The notes beneath the pieces are model-generated. The model did not search any database. It was not told where the DNA came from and saw nothing but the letters and a program-made list of their open reading frames with translations. Of a stretch of 64,000 nt of DNA, positions 9,877 to 19,811 are shown in pieces; position 1 is the first letter of the stretch; the number at the start of each line of letters is the position of its first letter. Position numbers and translations under genes: made by a program. Origin of the DNA: Bacteroidales bacterium (lineage in GTDB: Bacteria > Bacteroidota > Bacteroidia > Bacteroidales > M50B96); assembly GCA_018401015.1 (NCBI GenBank), contig JAGYLP010000001.1, positions 78,463 through 142,462 of the forward strand, written 5' to 3'.

Positions 9877-10080
9877 ATGAATATTATTTCCCTTTTCGTG
9901 CTGATGGGTATGATTGGTCCCTGGCAAATTGTTATCGTTGTTGCTCTCTTGCTCTTATTTTTCGGAGGTAAAAAAATTCCTGAACTGATGCGTGGGCTAG
10001 GACAGGGGATGAAAGAGTTTAAAAAAGCCACCGATCAGGACAAAGAGGACGAGGATCCTGAAAAAATTGAGAAAAAATAA
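9877..10080 (+). CDS. tatA: twin-arginine translocase subunit TatA/E
   Basis: The 67-aa protein has a single N-terminal TM helix followed by [23 protein letters not shown], then an amphipathic segment and an acidic tail. Confidence 0.8.
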   Translation: MNIISLFVLMGMIGPWQIVIVVALLLLFFGGKKIPELMRGLGQGMKEFKKATDQDKEDEDPEKIEKK

Positions 10081-10536
10081 TCGAAGGGAATTTGAACCCC
10101 CACAAATTCTTCATTAAATGACTAATCTCAGCTTTCCATTTCCCTAAAGGTTTTATTTTGTTTCCCGTTTCGGTTATCAGTTATTTACCGATAGCCACGT
10201 GTTCTTTTATTGTTGTTTTTTCTGATTATTGGTGCATGTTCGTAAGTGCTTAATTCCCCCACCTACAATTGTTTTAAGCCGGCAGCATCCTGATGATGCC
10301 AGGCTGTGTCGAAAAATACCGACATGCATTGAGCCTAAACGAATCACCCCATCAACATTATCGGATACCCATTCAATCGAACGATGATTTGAAGGAATCG
10401 ATTCCAGACATGCTACCATTTTTCGAGCAATAATCTCGATTAGGTTTCGTACGTATAAATCGTAATTCTATTCAAGTTTGCCCGTATAATCCATCGTGAA
10501 ACAAGCATTATTATTCAAGAATTAAAATATCCATCC

Positions 10537-11928
10537 ATGAAAATTACCAAGATTTGCTGCATCGGAGCCGGTTACGTAGGAGGTCCTACTATGGCCGTTA
10601 TCGCTCAAAAATGTCCCGAAATTAAAGTTACCGTGGTCGATATCAATGCTCAGCGCATTGCCGACTGGAACGACGATAATCTCGACAACCTTCCCATTTA
10701 CGAACCCGGACTCAAGGAAGTGGTAGCCGAAGCGCGCGGCAGAAATCTCTTTTTCTCAACCGATATCGAACAGGCTATCGACGAATCGGAAATGATTTTT
10801 ATGTCGGTTAATACGCCCACGAAAACATACGGAAAAGGGAAAGGAATGGCAGCCGATCTGAAGTTTATCGAATTAAGCGCCCGACAAATAGCTAAAGTGG
10901 CTAAAAGTGATAAAATTGTTGTCGAAAAATCGACCCTCCCTGTACGTACCGCTCAGGCCATCAAATCGATTTTAGATAATACCGGAACCGGAGTAAAATT
11001 TCAAATCTTATCGAATCCTGAATTTTTAGCCGAGGGAACTGCTATCAAGGATTTGCATTTTGCCGATCGTGTGCTCATTGGTGGCGAACAAAGCCCCGAA
11101 GGGCAGGAGGCGATGGATGCGCTGACCGATATTTATGCTCACTGGCTGCCACGCGAACGAATCCTGCAAACCAATGTGTGGTCCTCGGAACTCTCTAAAC
11201 TTACGGCAAACGCTTTCCTGGCGCAACGCATTTCTTCGATTAATGCCATGTCGGAAATTTGCGAAATGACCGGTGCCGATGTCGATGAAGTAGCTCATGC
11301 TATAGGAACCGATAGCCGAATTGGCTCGAAATTCCTAAAAACTTCCGTGGGTTTCGGAGGTTCGTGTTTTCAGAAAGATATTTTAAATCTGGTGTACATT
11401 GCCCGCAGCCTTAATCTGCTAGCAGTGGCCGATTATTGGGAGCAGGTGATCATTCTAAATGACCACCAGAAGAAACGCTTTGCCGATAAAATCATTGCGA
11501 CCCTTTACAATACCGTAACCGATAAGAAGATTGCTTTCTTCGGTTGGGCCTTCAAAAAAGACACGAATGATACCCGTGAATCGGCTGCCATTTATGTTGC
11601 CGATTTGCTCATCGAGGATCATGCTCGAATTGCTGCCTACGACCCCAAAGTGAGCAAAGAACGAATGTATTCCGACCTGAATTACCTGGAGACTCGCAAT
11701 GAATCGGAGAATGCTGAATACCTTACGGTGTTTACCGATCCATACGAAGCGGCGCGCGATGCTCATGCAATTGCTGTTCTCACCGAATGGGATGAGTTCA
11801 AAACCTACGATTGGCAAAAGATTTTTGATGCCATGGTGAAACCCGCTTTTGTTTTTGATGGAAGAAATATTCTGGATGCCAAAGCATTGCGCCAAATCGG
11901 GTTCAAGTATTATGGAATAGGTAAATAA
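10537..11928 (+). CDS. ugd: UDP-glucose 6-dehydrogenase
   Basis: The N-terminal Rossmann motif [12 protein letters not shown] and the catalytic-Cys motif [10 protein letters not shown] are present. The length is 463 aa. Confidence 0.9.
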   Translation: MKITKICCIGAGYVGGPTMAVIAQKCPEIKVTVVDINAQRIADWNDDNLDNLPIYEPGLKEVVAEARGRNLFFSTDIEQAIDESEMIFMSVNTPTKTYGKGKGMAADLKFIELSARQIAKVAKSDKIVVEKSTLPVRTAQAIKSILDNTGTGVKFQILSNPEFLAEGTAIKDLHFADRVLIGGEQSPEGQEAMDALTDIYAHWLPRERILQTNVWSSELSKLTANAFLAQRISSINAMSEICEMTGADVDEVAHAIGTDSRIGSKFLKTSVGFGGSCFQKDILNLVYIARSLNLLAVADYWEQVIILNDHQKKRFADKIIATLYNTVTDKKIAFFGWAFKKDTNDTRESAAIYVADLLIEDHARIAAYDPKVSKERMYSDLNYLETRNESENAEYLTVFTDPYEAARDAHAIAVLTEWDEFKTYDWQKIFDAMVKPAFVFDGRNILDAKALRQIGFKYYGIGK

Positions 11929-11944
11929 TTAGTCCGGTAGAACG

Positions 11945-12937
11945 ATGACAAAAATATTGCTCACCGGAGCGCTCGGATTCATTGGTTTTCATGTAGCAAA
12001 TCGATTGATAGCGGCCGGCTACGAAGTAGTTGGTCTCGATAATATCAACGATTACTATGCGGTGAACCAGAAAAAAGATAAACTCCCTCTTCTAGGAATA
12101 TCCGAAACCGATTTGCAGGTAAATAAAAAGTATTTGGGGGCAAACGGATTTAGTTTCTATTACACTGATTTACGGCATGCCGATGCCCTCGATGCGGTTT
12201 TTCAACAAGAATCCTTCGACAAGGTGATTCACTTGGCTGCTCAGGCTGGTGTTCAGTTTTCTATTGAGAATCCGGTATCGTGTATCGAGAATAATATTCA
12301 TGCTTTTACGAACCTGCTTGAGAGCTGCCGGAAGTATGCTATCAAGCACCTGATTTATGCCAGTAGCAGTTCGGTGTATGGCGACCGCGAAGAAGTACCT
12401 TTCCGTGAAACCGATAATGTCGATAACCCCATTTCGCTTTATGCTGCCAGTAAAAAGAGCAATGAATTAATGGCGCATACCTACAGCCATTTATTTGGAA
12501 TCAAAACAACCGGATTACGATTTTTCACTGTTTACGGTCCTTGGGGTCGGCCCGACATGGCTCCTTTCATTTTCATGAGCAAGTTATTACGCCAGGAACC
12601 CATTACCGTTTTCAACGAAGGCAATCTGGAGCGTGATTTTACTTATGTCGATGATATAGTCGCCGGAGTGCTGCTCACGCTCGGACAAACCACCAACTAT
12701 GAAGTTTTCAACATTGGGAACAGCCAGCCGGTTAATCTGATGTACTTTATTCGTGTTATGGAAGATGTTTTAGGCGTAAAAGCTAGCATCGATTTTCGTC
12801 CTATGCGAAAGGGCGATGTTTATCGAACGTACAGCGATGTGACTAAGTTGAGCAAAGCTTTTCAGTATCAGCCGAAAGTTTCGATAGAGGAGGGCCTTCG
12901 TTTGATGGCCGACTGGTATCGAGGATATTATGGCTAA
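11945..12937 (+). CDS. NAD-dependent epimerase/dehydratase, UDP-glucuronate 4-epimerase-like
   Basis: Motifs LLTGALGFIGFH, ASSSSVYG and YAASK (YxxxK) are present. The gene starts 16 nt after ugd. Confidence 0.75.
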   Translation: MTKILLTGALGFIGFHVANRLIAAGYEVVGLDNINDYYAVNQKKDKLPLLGISETDLQVNKKYLGANGFSFYYTDLRHADALDAVFQQESFDKVIHLAAQAGVQFSIENPVSCIENNIHAFTNLLESCRKYAIKHLIYASSSSVYGDREEVPFRETDNVDNPISLYAASKKSNELMAHTYSHLFGIKTTGLRFFTVYGPWGRPDMAPFIFMSKLLRQEPITVFNEGNLERDFTYVDDIVAGVLLTLGQTTNYEVFNIGNSQPVNLMYFIRVMEDVLGVKASIDFRPMRKGDVYRTYSDVTKLSKAFQYQPKVSIEEGLRLMADWYRGYYG

Positions 12938-12965
12938 GCCGCTGGAAGGCGACTAAAAAGAAAAA

Positions 12966-12992
12966 AGCCCCGGGGTTGGGGCTTATTGTTTT
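12966..12992 (+). terminator. rho-independent terminator after the epimerase gene
   Basis: A GC stem pairs agcccc with ggggct around a 6-nt loop, and is followed by tattgtttt. Confidence 0.55.
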
Positions 12993-13061
12993 CTGCGGGA
13001 CAAAGAGCTTTTGTTTACGGGGAGCAGAAAACCTTGTGTTTAATAGGGGTGGGATAAAGAC

Positions 13062-13754
13062 TTAGGCAGCAGCCAAACCGGCTATACTTAATTGATAATC
13101 GTTCAGGTTTCGAAGGCTTAGCGCACATGCTTCCAGGGTTGCACCGGTAGTAATAACATCATCGACTAAAAGGAGGTGTTTTCCTTCTGCTTTTTGAGGA
13201 TGTTTTAAGTGAAACGCTTCTTCTACATTTTGCCAACGGTCGATTCGCGATTTTTTTGTTTGGGTTTCAGCATAAATTTTCCGTTCAATAATCGATTCCG
13301 TAGGGACTTTGAGCGCTTGTGAAATTCCTTCGGCAATGGCGAGGGATTGATTGTATCCGCGCTCTTTTTCTTTTTTAGGATGAAGGGGGACCGGCACGAT
13401 TAACTCAACGGTATGGTAATGGGGGGATATCAGTAGTTCATGGCCAAATTGACGACCTAATTCGATGCCAATTTCATATTTGCCATGGTATTTTAACTGA
13501 TGAAGGAGTTTTTGAAAGGAGCTTCCTTTTCGGTAATGAAAATAGGCTGAAGCGTGATTCAACACAATCCGACCCCAAAAAAGTTGGTGAACCGGATTGT
13601 TCTCATGAGTGGAAAAATGAGTTCGAGGCAATTCGTAATTGCAATTCGTGCAAAGGATGTTTTCGCCTCGAACTAAAGCGCGGGTGCAAACAACACAGAT
13701 ATTCGGGAAAACCAAATCCAATAAATTTCTGCCTATAAATGAGTGTTGTAGCAT
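13062..13754 (-). CDS. ComF family protein (phosphoribosyltransferase-like)
   Basis: The N-terminal zinc-finger-like segment is CVVCTRALVRGENILCTNCNYELP. The C-terminal PRTase motif is LLLVDDVITTGATL. Confidence 0.8.
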   Translation of the reverse strand: MLQHSFIGRNLLDLVFPNICVVCTRALVRGENILCTNCNYELPRTHFSTHENNPVHQLFWGRIVLNHASAYFHYRKGSSFQKLLHQLKYHGKYEIGIELGRQFGHELLISPHYHTVELIVPVPLHPKKEKERGYNQSLAIAEGISQALKVPTESIIERKIYAETQTKKSRIDRWQNVEEAFHLKHPQKAEGKHLLLVDDVITTGATLEACALSLRNLNDYQLSIAGLAAA

Positions 13755-14123
13755 TCCTTCTTAAAATTGTTAATTAAAATTCTTCAGGTTTTTACCCGGC
13801 ATTAGTGTAGGAGGGAGTTAAAACATCAAGTGAAGCGACATGAAAAATGTGATTTTTCCCCGGAAAATTATAATGCTCTAGTAAGATGATATTTGGTATC
13901 AGGATGTTTACTCGGGTCGCAATTATTTTCTGGTTAAAATTCTGTTCAGACGAAAGATGGCTAGAGCTTCGAAAAGGACAGCCTCGTGCAGGAAGGAATA
14001 ATTTTCATCTTTTTTGGTCGGATAGAATTTACCCAGCTGATATACTTTGTACTTTTAAACCCTGATTGTAAAGACTACTTTTTTAAAGTAGAAGCTTTGA
14101 CAACTCATTTTAAATCAGACATT

Positions 14124-16514
14124 ATGGATGAACATCTGCACGAAGAGCAAGTAACGACAAGCCCCACTGAGCAAAGCGAAAAGAAGCCAGCTCGGTTTAC
14201 CCGATGGGTCATTCTCCTTTGGTTATTGGTCATTCTGCCGGTGGCGGGTGCGGTAACTGTATTCACCCTTATTTCTTATGGCAAATTAGGGTATATGCCC
14301 ACTTTCGACGAGCTGGAGAATCCGGAAACGAATCTTGCCACCGAAATTATTACCGAGGATGCTAAAATTCTGGGTACTTATTATCGGGAAAACAGAACAA
14401 AAGCTGAGTTCGATGAATTATCGCCCAACTTGGTAAATGCGCTCATAGCCACCGAAGATATTCGTTTCTACAATCATGCAGGGGTCGATGTTTGGGCCAT
14501 TGGAAGAGCCGTTGGAGGGGTTTTGAGTGGTGGGAAAAAAGGAGGTGGATCCACCATTACTCAACAGTTAGCTAAAAATCTTTTCCCTCGCGAAGAACTT
14601 AATTTCATTCAACTCATTTTTAGGAAACTACGCGAATGGGTTATTGCTGTGAAGCTCGAAAAGCAATATACCAAAGAGGAAATTATTGCCATGTACCTCA
14701 ATAAATTCGACTTCATTAATCAGGCAATGGGAATACGCTCTGCATCCGGCATTTATTTCAATACCACGCCCGATTCGCTCCGTTTGGAACAAGCTGCTAT
14801 GCTAGTCGGGATGCTCAAAAATCCATGGTTATTTAATCCGGTGCGTCGGGAAGATACCACCCTGCATCGGCGAAACGTTGTATTGAGCCAAATGGCTAAA
14901 TACGAATTCATTACTCCCGAAGCTTACGATAGCTTAAAGCAACTCCCACTAGGTCTTGATTTCAGGAATGTCGATCACAAAGAAGGGATAGCCACCTATT
15001 TTCGCGAAATGCTCCGAACCACTTTGTACCGCGATGTGCCACAGCGAGATCAATACTGGTCCTATACTCAGTATCAGGAAGATTCCTTGCGCTGGGAAAC
15101 CGACCCGCTTTTTGGGTGGTGTTTCAAGAACTTGAAGAGCGATGGCAAACCGTATGATTTATATGCCGATGGTCTTAAAATATACACAACCCTGAACTAT
15201 CGCATGCAACAATATGCCGAAGAATCTGTAAAAGAACACATTGCCGGAACCCTTCAAAACGATATTTATCGGGAACTACGAAAAAATCGGTATCCACCCT
15301 TTTCGAACGACTTAACCAAAGAGGAAGTCGATAACATTATCAAAGCAGAAATCCGGCAAAGCGAGCGACGCCGGGTTTTGAAGCTCCGTGGAGCTACCGA
15401 AAAAGAAATCTGGGCCGATTTCAATAAACCCTACCCTATGAAGGTTTTTACCTGGGAAGGAGAAAAAGATACGGTGCTTACTCCGCTCGATTCCATTTAC
15501 CATTATTTACATTATTTGAATGCCGGATTCATGTCGATGGATCCACATAATGGTCATGTAAAAGCTTATGTGGCCGGGATCGATTACCACTATTTTAAAT
15601 ACGATCACGTAACGCAAGCAAAACGACAGGTTGGTTCTACCATTAAGCCTTTCCTCTATTCCATTGCCATGCGCGAAGGGTACTCCCCATGCTACGAAGT
15701 GCCCTGTGTTCCTACTACTTTTCACCTCTACGATGGTAAAACCTGGACTCCTAAAAATGCGGCCAAATCGAAAATGGATGGGAAAATGGTTACACTTAAA
15801 TGGGGACTCGCACACTCCAATAATTATATCTCGGCCTGGCTCATGAAGCAGTTTTCGCCAAAACCTTTTGTCGAAATCATGCAAAAGGCCGGCATTAAAA
15901 GCTTCATCGACCCCGTTCCTTCTATGATTTTAGGAACCTCGGAATTAACGCTTTACGAAATGGTCGGCGCATACAGTGTTTACGCCAACAAAGGCATTTA
16001 CACACAGCCTATTTTTGTAACACATATCGAAGATAAATACGGCAATGTTGTAGGCGAATTTAAGCCGGCCAAGCAAGATGTGATGAGCGAGGAAACTGCT
16101 TATTTGATGCTGAATTTATTACAAGGAGTTGTCAACGAGGGTAGCGGAATTCGATTGCGATTCCGCTATCAGCTGTATAATGAAATTGGAGGGAAAACAG
16201 GTACTACCAGCAATCAATCCGATGGATGGTTCATGGGCATTACCCCCGACTTGGTATCGGGAGCCTGGGTAGGCGGTAAGCTTCGTTCTATTCGTTTCGA
16301 GGCCCTAAGCCAAGGACAGGGAGCGAATATGGCTTTGCCAATTTTTGGTCTGTTTATGCAAAAAGTATATGCCGATTCCCTTCACATAGGCATCAGTAAA
16401 CGCGATTTTGATCGTCCGGCGAAACAGTTTTCGTTTGAGCTCGATTGCGAAAAAGTGAAACAGGAGTCGGGCGATTTTTGGCAGGACGAAAGTGCCGACG
16501 ACTTTTTTAATTAG
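14124..16514 (+). CDS. mrcA: penicillin-binding protein 1A (bifunctional glycosyltransferase/transpeptidase)
   Basis: GT51 motifs EDIRFYNHAGVD and GGSTITQQLAKN are present. Transpeptidase motifs are STIKP (SxxK), HSNN (SxN) and KTGTT. The likely start is MDEHLHEEQ at 14124, and the track ORF begins at a GTG at 13986. Confidence 0.9.
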   Translation: MDEHLHEEQVTTSPTEQSEKKPARFTRWVILLWLLVILPVAGAVTVFTLISYGKLGYMPTFDELENPETNLATEIITEDAKILGTYYRENRTKAEFDELSPNLVNALIATEDIRFYNHAGVDVWAIGRAVGGVLSGGKKGGGSTITQQLAKNLFPREELNFIQLIFRKLREWVIAVKLEKQYTKEEIIAMYLNKFDFINQAMGIRSASGIYFNTTPDSLRLEQAAMLVGMLKNPWLFNPVRREDTTLHRRNVVLSQMAKYEFITPEAYDSLKQLPLGLDFRNVDHKEGIATYFREMLRTTLYRDVPQRDQYWSYTQYQEDSLRWETDPLFGWCFKNLKSDGKPYDLYADGLKIYTTLNYRMQQYAEESVKEHIAGTLQNDIYRELRKNRYPPFSNDLTKEEVDNIIKAEIRQSERRRVLKLRGATEKEIWADFNKPYPMKVFTWEGEKDTVLTPLDSIYHYLHYLNAGFMSMDPHNGHVKAYVAGIDYHYFKYDHVTQAKRQVGSTIKPFLYSIAMREGYSPCYEVPCVPTTFHLYDGKTWTPKNAAKSKMDGKMVTLKWGLAHSNNYISAWLMKQFSPKPFVEIMQKAGIKSFIDPVPSMILGTSELTLYEMVGAYSVYANKGIYTQPIFVTHIEDKYGNVVGEFKPAKQDVMSEETAYLMLNLLQGVVNEGSGIRLRFRYQLYNEIGGKTGTTSNQSDGWFMGITPDLVSGAWVGGKLRSIRFEALSQGQGANMALPIFGLFMQKVYADSLHIGISKRDFDRPAKQFSFELDCEKVKQESGDFWQDESADDFFN

Positions 16515-16519
16515 TACGC

Positions 16520-17566
16520 ATGACAAATCGAGTAGGGGTAAGCACTTTTCTAGCTTTACGTGATTCAGGCCGATTAGTAGTTGATGTTCGCTCACCCGGC
16601 GAGTATGCGCAAGGTCATATTCCGGGGGCGGTGAATATTCCCTTATTTTCCGACGAAGAGCGCGTCGATGTGGGAACTCGCTACAAGCAAATTAATCGGG
16701 AAGCAGCATTGCATCGTGGGTTGGAATATGTAGGAAGTCGCCTGGTTTCCTATCTCAAGGATTTAGGCCGATTAACACCATCGAAAGCGGTTTTGTTGTA
16801 TTGTTGGCGGGGAGGAATGCGCAGCGCCAGTATGGCATGGTTGTTCGAAATGGGTGGCTACTCCTGTACTTTGCTAGAGGGAGGTTTCAAAGCGTATCGG
16901 CAAGAAGTTCTCGATGCTTTTGAGCTACCTATTGAATTGGTCGTTGTTGGAGGTATGACAGGAACCGGCAAGTCCGATATTTTACGTGCCTTGGAAGAAA
17001 TGGGCGAACAAGTTCTCTTTCTGGAGGAGATTGCCCATCATAAAGGTTCGGCTTTTGGAGCTTTAGGGCAGGAATCACAACCTACCACTCTTCAGTTTGA
17101 ACACCAACTCTACGAAGTATGGAGGCGTTTTGATTCCAATCGTCCTGTTTTTTTGGAAGATGAATCGGCAGCCATTGGAACGGTTTCCATTCCCAAGCCT
17201 TTATTTGCACAAATGCGACAATCGAACCTCTATTTGCTTGAGCTCGCTTTTTCGATTCGGAAAACACGAATTGAAAGAGAGTATGCCCATTTCCCCCCAG
17301 ATCAATTGAAAGCAGCTATTGTCCGAATTCGGAAGCGCTTGGGCGACGAATCCATGAATAAGGCAATTGATGCGATCGATAATCGTCAACTGGATGATGC
17401 CATCGATATCATTTTGCGGTATTACGACAAAGCTTATCGGAAAGGAAATGCGAAACGACCGCCCGAAGCCATTAAATCCATCCCCTTAAGTGGTGATAAT
17501 CCACAAGTAAATGCCCAAGTGCTAAGGGATTATTTACACCGAGAGAAAGCTGCTAATTCTAAGTAA
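16520..17566 (+). CDS. selU: tRNA 2-selenouridine synthase
   Basis: An N-terminal rhodanese domain with active-site LYCWRGGMRS is followed by the P-loop GGMTGTGKSD. The length is 348 aa. Confidence 0.8.
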   Translation: MTNRVGVSTFLALRDSGRLVVDVRSPGEYAQGHIPGAVNIPLFSDEERVDVGTRYKQINREAALHRGLEYVGSRLVSYLKDLGRLTPSKAVLLYCWRGGMRSASMAWLFEMGGYSCTLLEGGFKAYRQEVLDAFELPIELVVVGGMTGTGKSDILRALEEMGEQVLFLEEIAHHKGSAFGALGQESQPTTLQFEHQLYEVWRRFDSNRPVFLEDESAAIGTVSIPKPLFAQMRQSNLYLLELAFSIRKTRIEREYAHFPPDQLKAAIVRIRKRLGDESMNKAIDAIDNRQLDDAIDIILRYYDKAYRKGNAKRPPEAIKSIPLSGDNPQVNAQVLRDYLHREKAANSK

Positions 17567-17641
17567 GTTTGCATCAGTCTTTTCCAAGCCGTGTGGCAAA
17601 TTTTTATTAATTTTGTGAGGTCGTAAAGGAATCATTCGCAA

Positions 17642-18448
17642 ATGGAAAAAACCAAAGTTTTATACGTATCGCAAGAAATCACTCCTTTTTTACCGGAAAC
17701 TGAACAATCGCGCATAGGCCGGCAATTACCGCAAGGTATTCAAGAGAAGGGAAAAGAAATCAGAACCTTTATGCCTCGTTACGGTTCGGTGAATGAAAGG
17801 CGTAATCAGTTGCACGAAGTGATTCGATTATCGGGAATGAACCTGATAATCAACGATACCGACCACCCACTCATTATCAAAGTTGCCTCCATTCAGGCTG
17901 CGCGCATGCAGGTTTACTTCATCGATAACGAAGATTATTTCCATCGCAAATTTGTTTTTCGGGGGAAGGATAATCATTATTTCAAGGATAACGACGAGCG
18001 TCTCATCTTTTTCTCTCGAGGAGTAATTGAAACAGTGAAAAAATTACGCTGGGCTCCCGATGTAGTGCATTGTCATGGTTGGTTTACTTCGCTTGTTCCT
18101 TTGTATTTGAAAAAAGCTTTTCACGACGATCCCCTGTTTGCCGATGCTAAGGTGGTCGTATCGGTCTATAACGACGATTTGAGTGGTAGTCTTCCCGACG
18201 ATTTTGCGCGTAAATTGCTCATCGAAGGGGTTAACCCCGATGAATTAGGGGTTCTCTCCGGGTTGGATTATTTGTCGCTCAATAAATTAGCCGTACAAAT
18301 GGCCGATGGAGTAATCATTGGCAGTGAGCAAATAAATCCGGAGTTAAGTACGTTCATAGCTCAATCGGGCAAGCCTACTTTAGCCTTCCATAGCGAGGAT
18401 AAAATCGTAGATGCTTACTCCGATTTTTATGATAAACTCTTAGATTAA
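17642..18448 (+). CDS. glycogen/starch synthase-like protein, N-terminal (GT5) half only
   Basis: The N-terminus VLYVSQEITPFLPETEQSRIGRQLPQ... and the segment VVHCHGWFTSLVPLY resemble the starch synthase catalytic domain. The protein is only 268 aa, so the second Rossmann half is absent. Confidence 0.7.
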   Translation: MEKTKVLYVSQEITPFLPETEQSRIGRQLPQGIQEKGKEIRTFMPRYGSVNERRNQLHEVIRLSGMNLIINDTDHPLIIKVASIQAARMQVYFIDNEDYFHRKFVFRGKDNHYFKDNDERLIFFSRGVIETVKKLRWAPDVVHCHGWFTSLVPLYLKKAFHDDPLFADAKVVVSVYNDDLSGSLPDDFARKLLIEGVNPDELGVLSGLDYLSLNKLAVQMADGVIIGSEQINPELSTFIAQSGKPTLAFHSEDKIVDAYSDFYDKLLD

Positions 18449-18452
18449 AGGA

Positions 18453-19778
18453 ATGAATTTTTCACTCAAGCTCAATCATGCTGCATGGCTTGCAGTTCTT
18501 ACCTTCTTGTTTTTACTCTCCGCTTGCGAAGAAAATCCTGAATTCGGACAAGATCTTATCCCCGATTCCGACCGCATCGATGCCTACCGGTACGAAGAAA
18601 CACTGGTAGAGGCAAACACCCTATGGACCGATTCTTTTGAAGTTAGTGAGGAGATTTACAGCTCCATAACACCCTACAATTTACTTGGCTCCTACTTCGA
18701 CCCGGTTTTTGGGGTCAGTACAGCTAGCTTCTTGACTGAAGTTCGCCTCTCTCGCACGAATGTAGATTTTGGTTCGGAGATTACCCCGGATTCTCTCATC
18801 TTAAGTTTTGTTATCGAAGATACGTATGGCGAATTTCGGCAGTTCCGACCACTCGAAATTGAAGTTTTCAGCCTGAATCAATCCATTGAGCTCGATTCGG
18901 TTTATTATTCGTCCTTTCCCGTAGAAGAATATTTTAGCGAAAGTGATTTGGTCGGAAGCACTACCTGGTATCCTTCTTCGTCGGATTCCATTTTACGCAT
19001 TTCGCTCGACTTAAATTATTATCTCGATTATTTCCTCGATACAGCCGTAATGCGCGATAATGATACCTTTCGTGAACAAGTAAAAGGGCTCTATATTCGA
19101 ACGAAATCGGTCGATCAGGGTGGGCAAATTTTGCTGCTTAATCCCTTGTCGAATTATTCTGTCTTGAGTTTTTACTATCAGAACGAAGATACGCTAGGCG
19201 CTCCCATTCAACTGGCTTCTTCCGAACAACGGTTCGATTTTCTCATTAATGAAAATGCGGCCCGTGTGGCTCACTTCGATCATGATTATCAAAGTGCCTG
19301 GTCGCCTATCGACACGAGCGCCCTTTCGAACGATTCCCTCGCCTATTTGCAGTTAATGGGGGGCCCTAGAATCACCATGAATTTGAATGGTTTGGAAGCT
19401 TGGAAAGATTCGCTCGACTATGTGATTGTTAAAGCAGAACTAATCATCCCCGTAGCCGAAGCATCTAACCTGTTTTTCGATCCTCCCTCCCGTTTAAGCC
19501 TGCAAATGATCGACAACGATGGAAGTTTCCTGCCTCTTGGCGACTTGTATGCCTATCCTACTGCAAATCCTACCTTCGAATATTTCGATGGGAATTATCG
19601 AGCTAGCGATGGGGAGTATCGTTTTAATGTGGCAAAACATATTCAGGAAATTATGCGCTCAGAAACAGAGAATCTGACGCTCATGTTAATGCCCTATCGG
19701 GCCGATAACGCCGTACGACCGAACCGGCTTATCATTTCAAAAAATCAAATCAAACTTAGCATTCAGTATTTAAAATAA
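18453..19778 (+). CDS. lipoprotein of unknown function (DUF4270-like position)
   Basis: A lipoprotein signal ...FLFLLSAC|EEN is present and I recognised no catalytic motif. The slot between a half-size GlgA-like gene and glmS matches a gene order I recall as common in Bacteroidota. That recollection is not verified. Confidence 0.55.
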   Translation: MNFSLKLNHAAWLAVLTFLFLLSACEENPEFGQDLIPDSDRIDAYRYEETLVEANTLWTDSFEVSEEIYSSITPYNLLGSYFDPVFGVSTASFLTEVRLSRTNVDFGSEITPDSLILSFVIEDTYGEFRQFRPLEIEVFSLNQSIELDSVYYSSFPVEEYFSESDLVGSTTWYPSSSDSILRISLDLNYYLDYFLDTAVMRDNDTFREQVKGLYIRTKSVDQGGQILLLNPLSNYSVLSFYYQNEDTLGAPIQLASSEQRFDFLINENAARVAHFDHDYQSAWSPIDTSALSNDSLAYLQLMGGPRITMNLNGLEAWKDSLDYVIVKAELIIPVAEASNLFFDPPSRLSLQMIDNDGSFLPLGDLYAYPTANPTFEYFDGNYRASDGEYRFNVAKHIQEIMRSETENLTLMLMPYRADNAVRPNRLIISKNQIKLSIQYLK

Positions 19779-19811
19779 TTATCCCTCAAACCCAATTAAC
19801 TGAAGAGAACT

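Noticed and set aside
10207-10419. A 70-aa minus-strand ORF in the tatA-ugd spacer, considered as a possible transposase or gene remnant.
   Set aside because: It has no recognisable motif, and the upstream in-frame sequence hits a stop 16 codons before the Met. I cannot support it as a gene, so it is kept only as part of the long-spacer observation.
11455-11895. A 146-aa minus-strand ORF within ugd. Similar antisense ORFs lie at 9407-9769 (PNP), 15507-15884 (PBP1A), 34117-34524 (PiT), 36328-36684 (kinase) and 20654-21021 (glmS).
   Set aside because: Each is antisense to a confidently identified conserved gene and has no independent support.
14071-14090. The hairpin ctacttt-ttt-aaagtag in the PBP1A leader, considered as a terminator or attenuator.
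   Set aside because: The stem is only 7 bp and AT-rich and has no following U run, so the support is too weak.
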